Below are positions 9,944 to 19,899 of a stretch of 64,000 nt of DNA, one piece after another (the stretch's first letter is position 1; each line of letters opens with the position of its first letter). The notes beneath the pieces were generated by a model. The model had not been told where the DNA came from, searched no databases, and saw nothing but the letters and a program-made list of their open reading frames with translations. Made by a program: the position numbers and the translations under genes. The stretch spans positions 1,312,001-1,376,000 of the forward strand of contig CAVRVY010000001.1 in the NCBI GenBank assembly GCA_963724765.1, read 5' to 3'. The DNA is from an uncultured delta proteobacterium. Its GTDB lineage: Bacteria; Desulfobacterota; Binatia; Binatales; Binataceae.

Positions 9944-12900
9944 ATGAATTCCGTGCTCGAGGCTTTTCATCCCGCCGTCCGCGCCTGGTTCGCCGAGCGC
10001 TTCGGCAATCCCTCGTCTGCGCAGACCCTGGGATGGCCGGTAATCGCCGGATGCGACGCGCCGCCCGGCCATGACGTGCTCTTGTGCGCGCCCACGGGCA
10101 GCGGCAAGACGCTCGCCGCGTTCATGTGGTCTATCGACCGGCTCTTCCGCGATGCCGAGCGCGGCGAACTCGGTGATCGCGTCTCGGTGCTTTACGTCTC
10201 GCCGCTCAAGGCGCTCGCCAACGACATCCGCGTCAACCTCGAAGAGCCGCTGGCCGGAATTCGCCAGACCGCGCATCGTATCTCCGCGATGGAGCGGGCT
10301 TTCGATAAAGTTAAACCTATACTTGAAGTGCGGGCGGGACTCCGCACTGGCGACACTACCGCCAACGAGCGCTCCGCGATGCTCCGCCGGCCGCCCCATA
10401 TCCTCGTCACCACGCCTGAGTCGCTGTTCATCCTGCTGACCTCGCCGCGCTTTCGTCAAAGCTTAAGCACCGTGCGCTACGTGATCGTTGACGAACTGCA
10501 CGCGCTCGCGCCCAACAAGCGCGGCGCGCACCTGATGCTCACGCTGGAGCGGCTGGAGCGGATGGTGCGTGCGACCGGCGCGCCGCGTCCGGCGCGAATC
10601 GGGCTCTCGGCGACGCTCAATCCGATCGAGCGGCTGGCCGGGTTTCTCGCCGGCACTGAGACGGATGCCGACGGCGCACGCCGCCCGCGCCCGGTGAAAG
10701 TGGTGCGCGCCCAGGGGTCTGACGATCGCGCTCGTGCGATGGACCTCCAGGTGATCGCGCCGGGACCCGACCTCGGCGCGCTCGCGACCCATCAGCACTG
10801 GGAGGCGATGTACGACGCGGTCGCCGCGCTGGTCCGGGAGCATCGCACGACCCTGGTCTTCACGCTCAGCCGGCGATGGGCCGAGCGGATCGCACTCAAC
10901 CTGCAAAAGCGCCTCGGCAACGACGCCGTGCTGGCGCATCACGGGAGCCTCGCGCGTGCCGAGCGCGTGGCGGCCGAGCAGCGGCTCAAGCGCGGAGAGT
11001 TGCGCGCGCTGGTCGCGACCGCCTCGCTGGAGTTGGGTATCGATGTCGGCGCGGTCGAGCTGGTCTGCCAGATCGACACGCCCAAGAGCATCTCGGCCGC
11101 GATCCAGCGTATCGGCCGCTCGGGCCATCAACTCGACGCGACGCCGAAAGGGCGCCTGTTCGCGCTCACGCTCGACGATCTGCTCGAATGTGCCGCCGCG
11201 GTGCGCGCGATCCGCCACGGCCGGCTCGACGAGGTCGAGATTCCCACCGGATGCCTCGACGTTGCGGCGCAGCAAATCGTCGCGATCGCCGCCGAAGAGG
11301 ACGAAATCGGCGAGGCCGAACTTCTGCGCCTGCTCTGCGGTGCCTACAACTTCGGCGACCTCGACCGCGACGCGCTCGTTCATCTGCTCGACCAGATGGC
11401 GGCCGAATTGCCGGCGCGGATCCAGGGGGCGGCGCCGAAAATCTTTTACGACCATATCGGCGCGCGTGTGCGCGCGCGACGCGGCGCGCGCATGGCCGCG
11501 ATCACCTCGGGCGGCACGATTCCCGAAAGCGGCAACCTCGACGTCGTGATCGAATCGCAGGGCCGCAAGATCGGCGACGTCGAGGAGGACTTCGCTCAGG
11601 AATCCTCCCGCGGCGACATCTTCGCGCTCGGCTCGATGCCGTGGCGGGTGCTCGGAATTTCGCGCAACCGTTTCCTGGTCGAGCCGGCGCCCGGGATGGC
11701 GCCGTCGCTGCCGTTCTGGCAGACCGAGGCGGCGGGCCGCTCACCCGCGCTCTCTTCTGAAGTCTCGGAACTGCGCGGCGAAATCTTCGAGCGTATCGCG
11801 CGCGGCGACGAAGACGCGGCCGCCGCGTTCCTCTCCCGCGAATGCGCGATGGACGAGCGCGCGGCGCGCCAGGCAATCGATTATGTGCGCCGCGGCCAGG
11901 GCGCGCTCGGTGCGATTCCCAACCAGCGCACGCTTGTGGTCGAGCGCTTCTTCGACGGCCTCGGCGGCACCCAGGTGGTGATTCACTCGCCGCACGGGAT
12001 GCGCGTCAACCGCGGGCTGGGGCTGGCTATCCGCAAACGCCTTTGCCAGTCGTTCGATTTCGAAATCCAGGCTTCCGCCATCGATGACGCGGTGCTGCTC
12101 GCGCTCAATGCGCGCCATAGCTTCCCGCTCGAGTCGCTGATGCCGATGATTTCCTCGCGCATGGTGCGTCACGTGCTCGAGCAGGCATTGCTGGCCGCGC
12201 CGATGTTCGAGGTGCGCATGCGCCATGTCGCGACGCGCGCGCTGGCGGTGATGCGTTCTTCGCGCGGGAGCAAGGTGCCGGCATGGATTCAGCGCCTGCG
12301 CGCGCAGGAACTCGCCGCCGCGATTTTTCCCGGGCGCGAGGCCTGTCTGGAAAATCGCCCACCCGACGTCGAATTGCCCGACCATTTCATCGCCGCCGAG
12401 ACGATGCATGAGTGCCTCACCGAATCGACCGATATCGGCCGTATCGAAGAACTGCTCCGCGCGATCGAGCAGGGCGCGACGCGGGTGGTGACCGTCGACG
12501 CCGTTGCCCCGTCGGTTTTCGCCCATCGCATCCTGCTCGCCTGGGACTACTCGTTCCTCGACGACGGCGAGCGCGCCAACCGCCGCAGCCGCACCGTCTC
12601 GCTCAACCGCGCGATGGCCGAAGACGTGCTGCGGACCGAAGACCTCTCTACGATGCTCGCCGCGGATGCGGTCGAGAGCGTCGAGGCCGAAGTGAGCGGC
12701 CGTGCGATGGCGCGCCGCGCGCGCGATCGCGACGAGCTCTACGAATTGATTCGCGCGCACGGCACGCTCGCGAGCGGCGCGCTGGAGGAACGCGTTGCCG
12801 GTGAGGCGCACGCGATGATCTCCGCGCTGGAGCGCGAGGGCCGCGTGATGCGCGCCCGCCTTTCCCCGGGCGCGCCCGAGATGCTGATCGCGAGCGAAGA

Positions 12901-14677
12901 CGTCGCGCTCTTTGCCGCTGCCTATCCCGAAGCAATCTTCGAGCGCCACCACGGGGCGCCGCCGCCCGCCGCCGCATCCGGCGCGACCGCTCCCGAAGCC
13001 GACGACGCAGAGCGTGAAATCATCCGGCGCGCGATGGCGACGTCGGGGCCGGTAGAAATAGCGGAACTGGCTGAGCGTCTGAAGATGGCGCCGGCGACAC
13101 TGGAGAGGCATCTGCTCGCGCTCGAAGCCAAGGGACTGATCTTCCGCGGCCATTTCACGCCGCGCCGCCCGGCGCTTGGCGCGACTCGCGTACGCGCCGC
13201 CACTAACGGCCCGGAGCAATGGTGCGACCGCTACAACCTGGAGAAAATCCATCGCCTGACCCTTAATCGCCTGCGCGCCGAAACCGAGCCGTGCGCCGAC
13301 CACGAGTACGCCGCCTTTCGCATGCGATGGAATCACGTGGGCGGCGCGGGAATCGCCGCCGACCAATCCGGCGTCGCCGCCGTGCTCGAACAACTATCTG
13401 GCGTCGCGCTCAGCCCAGAGCTATGGGAACGCGCGATCCTGCCGGCGCGAATTCCCGGCTATCGTCCCGAATGGCTCGACCTGCTTTGCCTTGGCGGCGA
13501 AGTGGTCTGGGCGGCGGTTCCGGGCGAAGACGCCGCCGACGAAGCGCCGGCGCGAATCACGTTTCTGCGCCGCCGTCGCGCCGGCGCCGCGCGCTCCGAC
13601 GAAGCTGCGGCAAGTGCCGCCGCCGTCGAATTCACCGACCGCGACGAGAAGCGTGTTTTTCTCGCGCTTGCCGGGGGCGGTGCGCAATATCTCGACCAGC
13701 TCGCCGAGCGCGCCGGGCTGGCGGAACGGACGGCGCTCGCCGCGCTATGGCGGCTAGCGGCCGCCGGCCGCGTATCCAACGACAGCTTCGCACCGCTGCG
13801 CTTGCTGTGGGCCGCGCCCGAAGCGGTGCGCGCGATGGCCCCCGGGGCCCATCGCCGAGCCCGCCACGACGCGGCGCTGCGCGCGCGTCTGCGCTCGAGC
13901 GTGACCGGGCGCTGGTCGGCGCTGGGCGAAGCCGCTGCCGCGACTGCCGCTGCCGGCGTTGCTGGTGACGGCAGCGCGGCCACGGCTATCGGCAACGCCG
14001 CCGCCGCGACGGCAGCCGCGGCAGCGGCGCCGACGCCCCGCGCCAGCGACTCGCAACGCGAGTTGGCCCGCGACTTGGCGCGCGAGCACGCTGAGATGCT
14101 GCTCAATCGCAACGGGATCGTGACGCGCGAGATGCTCGGGCTTGAAAGCGAGCCGATGGCATGGCACGAAATTTCGTTTGCGCTTCGCAGGATGGAATAC
14201 GCGGGAGCGATCCGGCGTGGCTACTTTGTTCGCGCGCTCTCGGGCGAGCAGTATGCGCTGCCCGCCGCGCTCGAGATGCTCGCGGCGTCGCGCAATCTCA
14301 ACTCGGCGCGCGAGCATCCCGTTGCGCTGAGCGCCGCCGACCCGGCCAATCCCTACGGCGCGGTGTTGCCTGGATGCGGCGTCGCGCGCGAGGCTGGCAA
14401 CTTCGTCGTCCTGCGGGCGGGGCGTGTGATGCTCGGGCTTGCGGGACGCGCGCTAGTGAGTCTCGATGCGCTCGACGACGAGGCCTTCTCAGCCGCTGTG
14501 GGAGCGCTTATCGAGCTTAGGCGCAAGGTCGTGGTCGAGACGATCGACGGCGCGCCCGCGCTCGCCTCGATGCGAGTCGGCGCGATGGCCGCGATGGGGT
14601 TTCATTCCGATGGCCGCGCACTGGTCTACGACGGATTGCCCGGCCCGGCGCCGGCACGCGCGGCGCTTCGCAGCTAG
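9944..14677 (+). CDS. lhr: Large Lhr-family SF2 helicase with extended C-terminal winged-helix domain
   Basis: FHPAVRAWF start, APTGSGKT, YVSPLKALAND, TTPESL, DELH, GLSAT, HHGSL, SLELGIDVG, QRIGRSGH, GGTIP. The C-terminus has RRGYFV and DPANPYG. Confidence 0.9.
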   Translation: MNSVLEAFHPAVRAWFAERFGNPSSAQTLGWPVIAGCDAPPGHDVLLCAPTGSGKTLAAFMWSIDRLFRDAERGELGDRVSVLYVSPLKALANDIRVNLEEPLAGIRQTAHRISAMERAFDKVKPILEVRAGLRTGDTTANERSAMLRRPPHILVTTPESLFILLTSPRFRQSLSTVRYVIVDELHALAPNKRGAHLMLTLERLERMVRATGAPRPARIGLSATLNPIERLAGFLAGTETDADGARRPRPVKVVRAQGSDDRARAMDLQVIAPGPDLGALATHQHWEAMYDAVAALVREHRTTLVFTLSRRWAERIALNLQKRLGNDAVLAHHGSLARAERVAAEQRLKRGELRALVATASLELGIDVGAVELVCQIDTPKSISAAIQRIGRSGHQLDATPKGRLFALTLDDLLECAAAVRAIRHGRLDEVEIPTGCLDVAAQQIVAIAAEEDEIGEAELLRLLCGAYNFGDLDRDALVHLLDQMAAELPARIQGAAPKIFYDHIGARVRARRGARMAAITSGGTIPESGNLDVVIESQGRKIGDVEEDFAQESSRGDIFALGSMPWRVLGISRNRFLVEPAPGMAPSLPFWQTEAAGRSPALSSEVSELRGEIFERIARGDEDAAAAFLSRECAMDERAARQAIDYVRRGQGALGAIPNQRTLVVERFFDGLGGTQVVIHSPHGMRVNRGLGLAIRKRLCQSFDFEIQASAIDDAVLLALNARHSFPLESLMPMISSRMVRHVLEQALLAAPMFEVRMRHVATRALAVMRSSRGSKVPAWIQRLRAQELAAAIFPGREACLENRPPDVELPDHFIAAETMHECLTESTDIGRIEELLRAIEQGATRVVTVDAVAPSVFAHRILLAWDYSFLDDGERANRRSRTVSLNRAMAEDVLRTEDLSTMLAADAVESVEAEVSGRAMARRARDRDELYELIRAHGTLASGALEERVAGEAHAMISALEREGRVMRARLSPGAPEMLIASEDVALFAAAYPEAIFERHHGAPPPAAASGATAPEADDAEREIIRRAMATSGPVEIAELAERLKMAPATLERHLLALEAKGLIFRGHFTPRRPALGATRVRAATNGPEQWCDRYNLEKIHRLTLNRLRAETEPCADHEYAAFRMRWNHVGGAGIAADQSGVAAVLEQLSGVALSPELWERAILPARIPGYRPEWLDLLCLGGEVVWAAVPGEDAADEAPARITFLRRRRAGAARSDEAAASAAAVEFTDRDEKRVFLALAGGGAQYLDQLAERAGLAERTALAALWRLAAAGRVSNDSFAPLRLLWAAPEAVRAMAPGAHRRARHDAALRARLRSSVTGRWSALGEAAAATAAAGVAGDGSAATAIGNAAAATAAAAAAPTPRASDSQRELARDLAREHAEMLLNRNGIVTREMLGLESEPMAWHEISFALRRMEYAGAIRRGYFVRALSGEQYALPAALEMLAASRNLNSAREHPVALSAADPANPYGAVLPGCGVAREAGNFVVLRAGRVMLGLAGRALVSLDALDDEAFSAAVGALIELRRKVVVETIDGAPALASMRVGAMAAMGFHSDGRALVYDGLPGPAPARAALRS

Positions 14678-14696
14678 ACGGGTTGACGAGCTTCCG

Positions 14697-15206
14697 ATGA
14701 CACCTGATGACAAGGGCTCGCACGACATGGGCTCGCGGGATAAAGATTCGACGGGCCTGGAAGCCCTGCAAAAGTTAATCGACCGCAGCGCCGCGTCTGC
14801 CGGCCCGGCCGCGGCCGATTCGCTCGCCTTTCCGGGGCGCCAGATGAGCGCGGCCGAGTTCGTTGAGTTCTGGCAGAGCGTGCGGTTGGTCGCGATGGCG
14901 ACGGTGGGCGAAACCGGTGCTCCGCATCTCGCACCCGTGCATGCGCGACTCGATGGTCTCGTGCTTCGGCTCGTGATCTACGACAACACGTTGCGCAGGC
15001 GCGATATCGCAGCCAATCCCCGCGTTGCGTTCACGACCTGGCGCGCCGACGGCGCGGCCGCGATCGTCTATGGTATCGCGCACGAAGTCGTCGGCAGCCT
15101 GCGTGCAGCGCGCGCGGGGCAGAGCGGAAAACCGCGCCAGGTGATCGAACTCGAGGTCAAATTGACACGGATCTACGCGATGCGCCCGCCAGATCGCGCG
15201 CCATGA
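14697..15206 (+). CDS. Pyridoxamine 5'-phosphate oxidase-like (split-barrel flavin-binding) protein
   Basis: MATVGETGAPHLAPV...RRDIAANPRVAF pattern. ATG at 14697 follows the lhr stop; the upstream part of ORF 14466 overlaps lhr and is discarded. Confidence 0.7.
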   Translation: MTPDDKGSHDMGSRDKDSTGLEALQKLIDRSAASAGPAAADSLAFPGRQMSAAEFVEFWQSVRLVAMATVGETGAPHLAPVHARLDGLVLRLVIYDNTLRRRDIAANPRVAFTTWRADGAAAIVYGIAHEVVGSLRAARAGQSGKPRQVIELEVKLTRIYAMRPPDRAP

Positions 15207-15226
15207 CGATCCTTTCGGAATAAGGG

Positions 15227-15331
15227 AGGGCCGTTCACGAACGGCCCCCGACAAAAGAATGACACCAGGCTGTTCACGAACGCTGCCAACAATTTCAGGT
15301 TCCGGTGTAGGGGCCGCTCGTGAGCGGCCCT
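15227..15331. repeat. Cluster of GTAG-type REP palindromes (three copies, mixed orientation)
   Basis: GTAGGGGCCGCTCGTGAGCGGCCCT at 15307-15331. Inverted copy AGGGCCGTTCACGAACGGCCCCCGAC at 15227-15252. Degenerate copy at 15267-15290. Confidence 0.75.
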
Positions 15332-15389
15332 CTTCGAGCACGCCTAGGATGCTTGCATTCCCGCCGCACCTGCGGCTGAGATTGTGCCT

Positions 15390-15875
15390 ATGAACAAGAC
15401 GCTATGGCTCTATGGCGTGCTGGTTTTCGCAGGCGGACTGATTGGCGGAGCCCTGACCAGCGGAGTTTGCCGCTCGCGGACCGTTGCGGCCGCCCCGCCT
15501 GTCACCAACAACGATACCTCCGCGCCGCGGCGAATCGTGAGCGCCTCGGAATTCGTGGTGCTCGACGCGGCGGGCAAGGCGCGCGCGCGAATCGATGTGA
15601 ACAAAGACGGGCAGGCGGGCTTCGCGATGTACGACAGTGACAGCCACGCGCGCGCGCAGATCGTAATCGATAATCAGGGTGCGCCGAGCGTGCGGCTCTA
15701 TGATACCTCCAACAAGCTCAGGCTCTCGCTCGAAATCAGCACCGACGGAGTTCCGACCGTGCGTCTGATGGATACCAGCGACCGCGCGCGCGCAGTGATC
15801 GGCGTCGACGCCCAAGGCGAGGCGGGACTCAACTTTTACGACCAGGACGGCAGAGTGCTGCGCGAGTTGCCCTAG
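15390..15875 (+). CDS. Exported/membrane-anchored hypothetical protein with ~23-aa tandem repeats
   Basis: N-terminal hydrophobic helix, then about 4.5 repeats of (F/V/L)xLYDxxxxxRxxxxxxxxGxPx. Confidence 0.75.
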   Translation: MNKTLWLYGVLVFAGGLIGGALTSGVCRSRTVAAAPPVTNNDTSAPRRIVSASEFVVLDAAGKARARIDVNKDGQAGFAMYDSDSHARAQIVIDNQGAPSVRLYDTSNKLRLSLEISTDGVPTVRLMDTSDRARAVIGVDAQGEAGLNFYDQDGRVLRELP

Positions 15876-16010
15876 CGGCTTGCCCCGAAATGATGCGTGC
15901 CGCGCCTTGGCCAATACGGAAGCGCCACGCTATCTTCAACCCACAGCCGTGCCCCGCGCCGCTTGCGGCCTCGGACGCGTAATTTTTCCGGAAAGGACCC
16001 AGTCTGAACC

Positions 16011-18776
16011 ATGAGTAAAGACAGTTTCGGTGCGCGTACCGAGCTCAACGTCGGCGGCCGCAAGTACACGATCTTCAGCCTGCCGGCGCTGGAGCGGCGC
16101 GGCTTCGCGCTCGCGCGCTTGCCGTATTCGATAAAGGTAATGCTCGAGAACGTGCTGCGCCGCGAAGACGGCGTCGTCGTCACCGCCGACCAGGTCGAAG
16201 CCGTCGGACACTGGAGGCCGCAGCCGGGCGAGCGCGAGTTCTCCTTCATGCCGGCGCGCGTGCTGCTCCAGGACTTCACCGGCGTGCCGGTGGTGGCCGA
16301 TTTGGCCGCGATGCGCGACGCGATTAGGCGCCTGGGCGGCGATCCCTCGCGGATCAACCCGATCCAACCCGCCGATCTCGTGATCGACCATTCGGTGCAG
16401 GTCGACAGCTTCGGCACTGCCGGGTCGTTCGCGATCAACGCCCAGATGGAATTCGAGCGCAACCGCGAGCGCTACCTGTTTCTGCGCTGGGGCCAGGGCG
16501 CCTTCGACAACTTCCGCGTGGTCCCGCCCGACACTGGAATCGTGCATCAGGTCAACCTCGAGTATCTCGCCCCGGTCGTCTTCATTTCGAAGGACGGCCA
16601 CGCTTATCCCGACACGCTGCTCGGGACCGACTCGCATACCACGATGATCAACGGGCTGGGCGTAGTCGGATGGGGCGTGGGCGGAATCGAGGCCGAGGCG
16701 GCGATGCTGGGGCGCTCGATTCCGATGCTGATTCCCGAGGTGATCGGTTTCAGGTTCACCGGCGCGATGCGTGCGGGGGCGACCGCGACCGACCTGGTGC
16801 TGACGGTGACGCAGATGCTGCGCAAGCGCGGCGTGGTCAACAAGTTTGTGGAGTACTTCGGCAGCGGGCTGGGTAGCCTGAGCGTCGCCGACCGCGCCAC
16901 CCTGGGCAACATGTCGCCCGAGTACGGCGCGACGATCGGATTTTTCCCGGTCGACGATCAGACGCTGGAATACCTGCGCCTCACGGGCCGCGCCGAGCCT
17001 CAGGTGCAGCTGATCGAGTCCTATTGCAAGGCGCAGGGGCTTTTCCGCACTGCCGAGTCGCCCGATCCGATCTTCACCGACACGCTGGAGCTGGATCTCG
17101 GCACGGTCGAGCCGAGCATGGCCGGCCCGCGCCGTCCGCAGGATCGCGTGCGATTGCGCGCGTCCAAGAGCGAGTTCCGCCGCGAGCTGGCCAAGGAAGT
17201 CAGCAATCACGACGGTATCGATCCGGAACGGATCAGCAAATGGATAAACGAAGGCGGAGCCCCCGCTGTCGCGCCCCATCAGCCGATCTCTTCTGTCGAT
17301 CTCGGCCCGCTGGGGCATCGTGTTGAAGTGACGGGCGAGGGCGGTGAGCACTTCGAACTAGCGCAGGGCGCTGTGGTTATCGCCGCGATCACGAGCTGCA
17401 CTAACACCTCCAATCCGTCGGTGATGCTGGGGGCGGGGCTGCTGGCGAAGAAGGCGGTCGAGCGCGGGCTCAGCGTAAAGCCGTGGGTCAAGACCAGTCT
17501 TGCGCCGGGGTCGAAAGTGGTCACCGACTATCTCAACCGTGCGGGCCTCACCGAGTACCTGGAGCGGCTGCGCTTTAATCTGGTCGGCTACGGCTGCACG
17601 ACCTGTATCGGCAACAGCGGACCGATTCCCGAAGCGATCGCGGCCGCGGTCAAGCAGGGCGACCTGGTCGCTTGCGCGGTGTTGAGCGGCAACCGCAATT
17701 TCGAGGGCCGTATCAACCCGGTCGTCCGTTTCAACTATCTCGCCTCGCCACCGCTGGTGGTCGCGTATGCGATCGCGGGCACGATGGACTTCGATCCCGA
17801 GCGCGATTCGCTCGGCAGTGATCAGCAGGGCAACCCGGTCTACCTCCGCGACATCTGGCCGACCACGCGCGAGCTCACCGAAGCCGTCGCCGGCTCGATC
17901 GATTCCGCGATGTTCCGCAAGGAGTACGGTCAGGTGTTCGAGGGCGACGAGCACTGGCGCGGGCTGAAAGTGCCCGAGGGCAATTTGTTCCGCTGGGAGA
18001 AAGATTCGCTATACGTCAAGGCGCCGCCGTTCTTTGACGGCGTCGATGCGACGCCGCCGCCGATCGGCGACATCAAGGATGCGCGCGTGCTGGCGATGCT
18101 CGCCGATAGCGTGACCACCGATCACATCTCACCCGCCGGATCGATCGCGGACCACACCCCGGCCGGCAAGTATCTGATCGCTCATGGCGTACAGCCGCGC
18201 GACTTTAATTCCTACGGCGCGCGCCGCGGCAATCATGAAGTGATGGTGCGCGGGACCTTCGCCAATATCCGGCTGCGCAACGAGTTGGTGCCGGGCGTCG
18301 AGGGCGGCTTCACCATGCATCTGCCCGACGGCGAGCGCACCACGATTTTCGAGGCCTCCGAGCGCTACCGCACCGAGGGCGTGGCGCTGATCGTGATCGC
18401 CGGCAAGGAATACGGCTCGGGAAGCTCGCGCGATTGGGCCGCCAAGGGCACGCAGTTGCTCGGCGTGCGGGCGGTGATCGCGGAGAGCTTCGAGCGGATC
18501 CATCGCAGCAACCTGGTCGGGATGGGCGTGCTGCCGCTGGAGTTCACCGGTGGTGACACGCGCAAGAGCCTGGAGCTTACGGGGCGCGAGAGCTACTCGA
18601 TCGAAGGGCTGGCGGCGGGCGTTGAGCGGCGCCAGAAGCTCAAGGTGCGCGTCAGCGACGGCGGCCGCACGCGCGAGTTCGAGGTGCTGGCGCGGATCGA
18701 CACGCCCGAGGAAGTCGAGTACATGCGCCACGGCGGCATCCTGCCGTACGTGCTGCGCGAACTACTCCACGCGTGA
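16011..18776 (+). CDS. acnA: Aconitate hydratase AcnA
   Basis: RVLLQDFTGVP, DHSVQVD, GTDSHT, Fe-S Cys motifs ITSCTNTSN and GYGCTTCIGNSG, TTDHISPAG, GSGSSRDWAAKG. Confidence 0.97.
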   Translation: MSKDSFGARTELNVGGRKYTIFSLPALERRGFALARLPYSIKVMLENVLRREDGVVVTADQVEAVGHWRPQPGEREFSFMPARVLLQDFTGVPVVADLAAMRDAIRRLGGDPSRINPIQPADLVIDHSVQVDSFGTAGSFAINAQMEFERNRERYLFLRWGQGAFDNFRVVPPDTGIVHQVNLEYLAPVVFISKDGHAYPDTLLGTDSHTTMINGLGVVGWGVGGIEAEAAMLGRSIPMLIPEVIGFRFTGAMRAGATATDLVLTVTQMLRKRGVVNKFVEYFGSGLGSLSVADRATLGNMSPEYGATIGFFPVDDQTLEYLRLTGRAEPQVQLIESYCKAQGLFRTAESPDPIFTDTLELDLGTVEPSMAGPRRPQDRVRLRASKSEFRRELAKEVSNHDGIDPERISKWINEGGAPAVAPHQPISSVDLGPLGHRVEVTGEGGEHFELAQGAVVIAAITSCTNTSNPSVMLGAGLLAKKAVERGLSVKPWVKTSLAPGSKVVTDYLNRAGLTEYLERLRFNLVGYGCTTCIGNSGPIPEAIAAAVKQGDLVACAVLSGNRNFEGRINPVVRFNYLASPPLVVAYAIAGTMDFDPERDSLGSDQQGNPVYLRDIWPTTRELTEAVAGSIDSAMFRKEYGQVFEGDEHWRGLKVPEGNLFRWEKDSLYVKAPPFFDGVDATPPPIGDIKDARVLAMLADSVTTDHISPAGSIADHTPAGKYLIAHGVQPRDFNSYGARRGNHEVMVRGTFANIRLRNELVPGVEGGFTMHLPDGERTTIFEASERYRTEGVALIVIAGKEYGSGSSRDWAAKGTQLLGVRAVIAESFERIHRSNLVGMGVLPLEFTGGDTRKSLELTGRESYSIEGLAAGVERRQKLKVRVSDGGRTREFEVLARIDTPEEVEYMRHGGILPYVLRELLHA

Positions 18777-18816
18777 GCGTGCGCGACGTATCGCGTACGG
18801 CCCGTGTCGCCGGGTG

Positions 18817-19881
18817 TCAGCTTACCTGCCTAATCGCAGGAACGAGTTCTTCTGGTGCAGATAAGGCAACCGGGATAGGCGGCAACCATCTGAGAGCCAG
18901 TCGGCGCTCGCGGACATTGGCTCGTGGACCCAGCCAGAAACTATGCCAGTGTGCACGACGAATATGTGGGACTGGCGAGGAGCGATTTGCTCCCGTCTGT
19001 CCAAGCGCCTGTCGCATTGCACAACGCAGGGGGGCACCCATTCTGTAGCCCGTTTCCCAGATCGTCGGCCCGTCGGGTGGAAAAAGGCGAGGCCCTTTAC
19101 GCGTCTGAACTGGGATTGGTCTGCCGGGCGCATTCCTGATCGCTGCCGAATCGCGGTAATCGGCGCTCTGGCTACATAGGTAGAGCAGCATTGAAATCAG
19201 AGGAGAGAGGCTAGCGGCCGCGGCAGGGGGATCAGCCGCTACCAATTGCTCATCCGCTAGCTTTGTGGCTATACCGCTCGACCAGCATATCTTCTGCTCG
19301 TAGTTTGCACGATCGATCGACGCGATGCGGCAGGCCTCTTCAAGCGTCGATACGGAAAGCGGAACCGCGATCGAATGAAGTACGCCGGCCGGGTCGTCGA
19401 GCAGAAGATGCAGTTCGGAATCGGCGTCACCGGAGCCGGTATTCAAATGTGCAAAAAATCCTTCCAGACGTTTGCCGGTCGACAGACTCCTTCCTGGCGT
19501 CTCGATATATACACACCATTCCGGCAAGTGAAAAAGAAGTTCAACTGGAAGCTGACCTTCGATTGGCGTATTCCAAACCGCTTCGGCTACGTCCGGATCG
19601 ATCCTGTAGATCCCCTGAGTGACGCGCCAGGTGGCCAGCGGAACCACCATCCGGCTGAAGCATTCCACGGAGTCGAATGAGAGAGATTTTGTCGAGTCGT
19701 TCCCGAATGGGCAAACGTGCTCGATTAGAAAAGACCCGGCTGTGGTCGATAGATAACACCAATCCGGCCATCTCGGGAGTTTCCTCCCGCGTTCGGCACG
19801 CGCAAGGTCCACGTACTTCCACAGCGCTGGCCACTGACGGCCGCATTTGACTAGGATTTGCTTGGGCCTTGGCCAGCTTAT
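18817..19881 (-). CDS. AcrVA2/FinQ-like protein (anti-CRISPR AcrVA2 family homolog); start uncertain
   Basis: Motifs I recall for this family: WPDWCYL, WRVTQGIYRID, LPEWCVYIETPG, LLYLCS, PHIRRAHWHSFW, RWLPPIPV. The annotated GTG is at 19812, but the frame stays open to 19899 with an in-frame ATA at 19881. Confidence 0.68.
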   Translation of the reverse strand: MSWPRPKQILVKCGRQWPALWKYVDLARAERGRKLPRWPDWCYLSTTAGSFLIEHVCPFGNDSTKSLSFDSVECFSRMVVPLATWRVTQGIYRIDPDVAEAVWNTPIEGQLPVELLFHLPEWCVYIETPGRSLSTGKRLEGFFAHLNTGSGDADSELHLLLDDPAGVLHSIAVPLSVSTLEEACRIASIDRANYEQKICWSSGIATKLADEQLVAADPPAAAASLSPLISMLLYLCSQSADYRDSAAIRNAPGRPIPVQTRKGPRLFPPDGPTIWETGYRMGAPLRCAMRQALGQTGANRSSPVPHIRRAHWHSFWLGPRANVRERRLALRWLPPIPVALSAPEELVPAIRQVS

Positions 19882-19899
19882 CTTTGGACGATCCGATCC

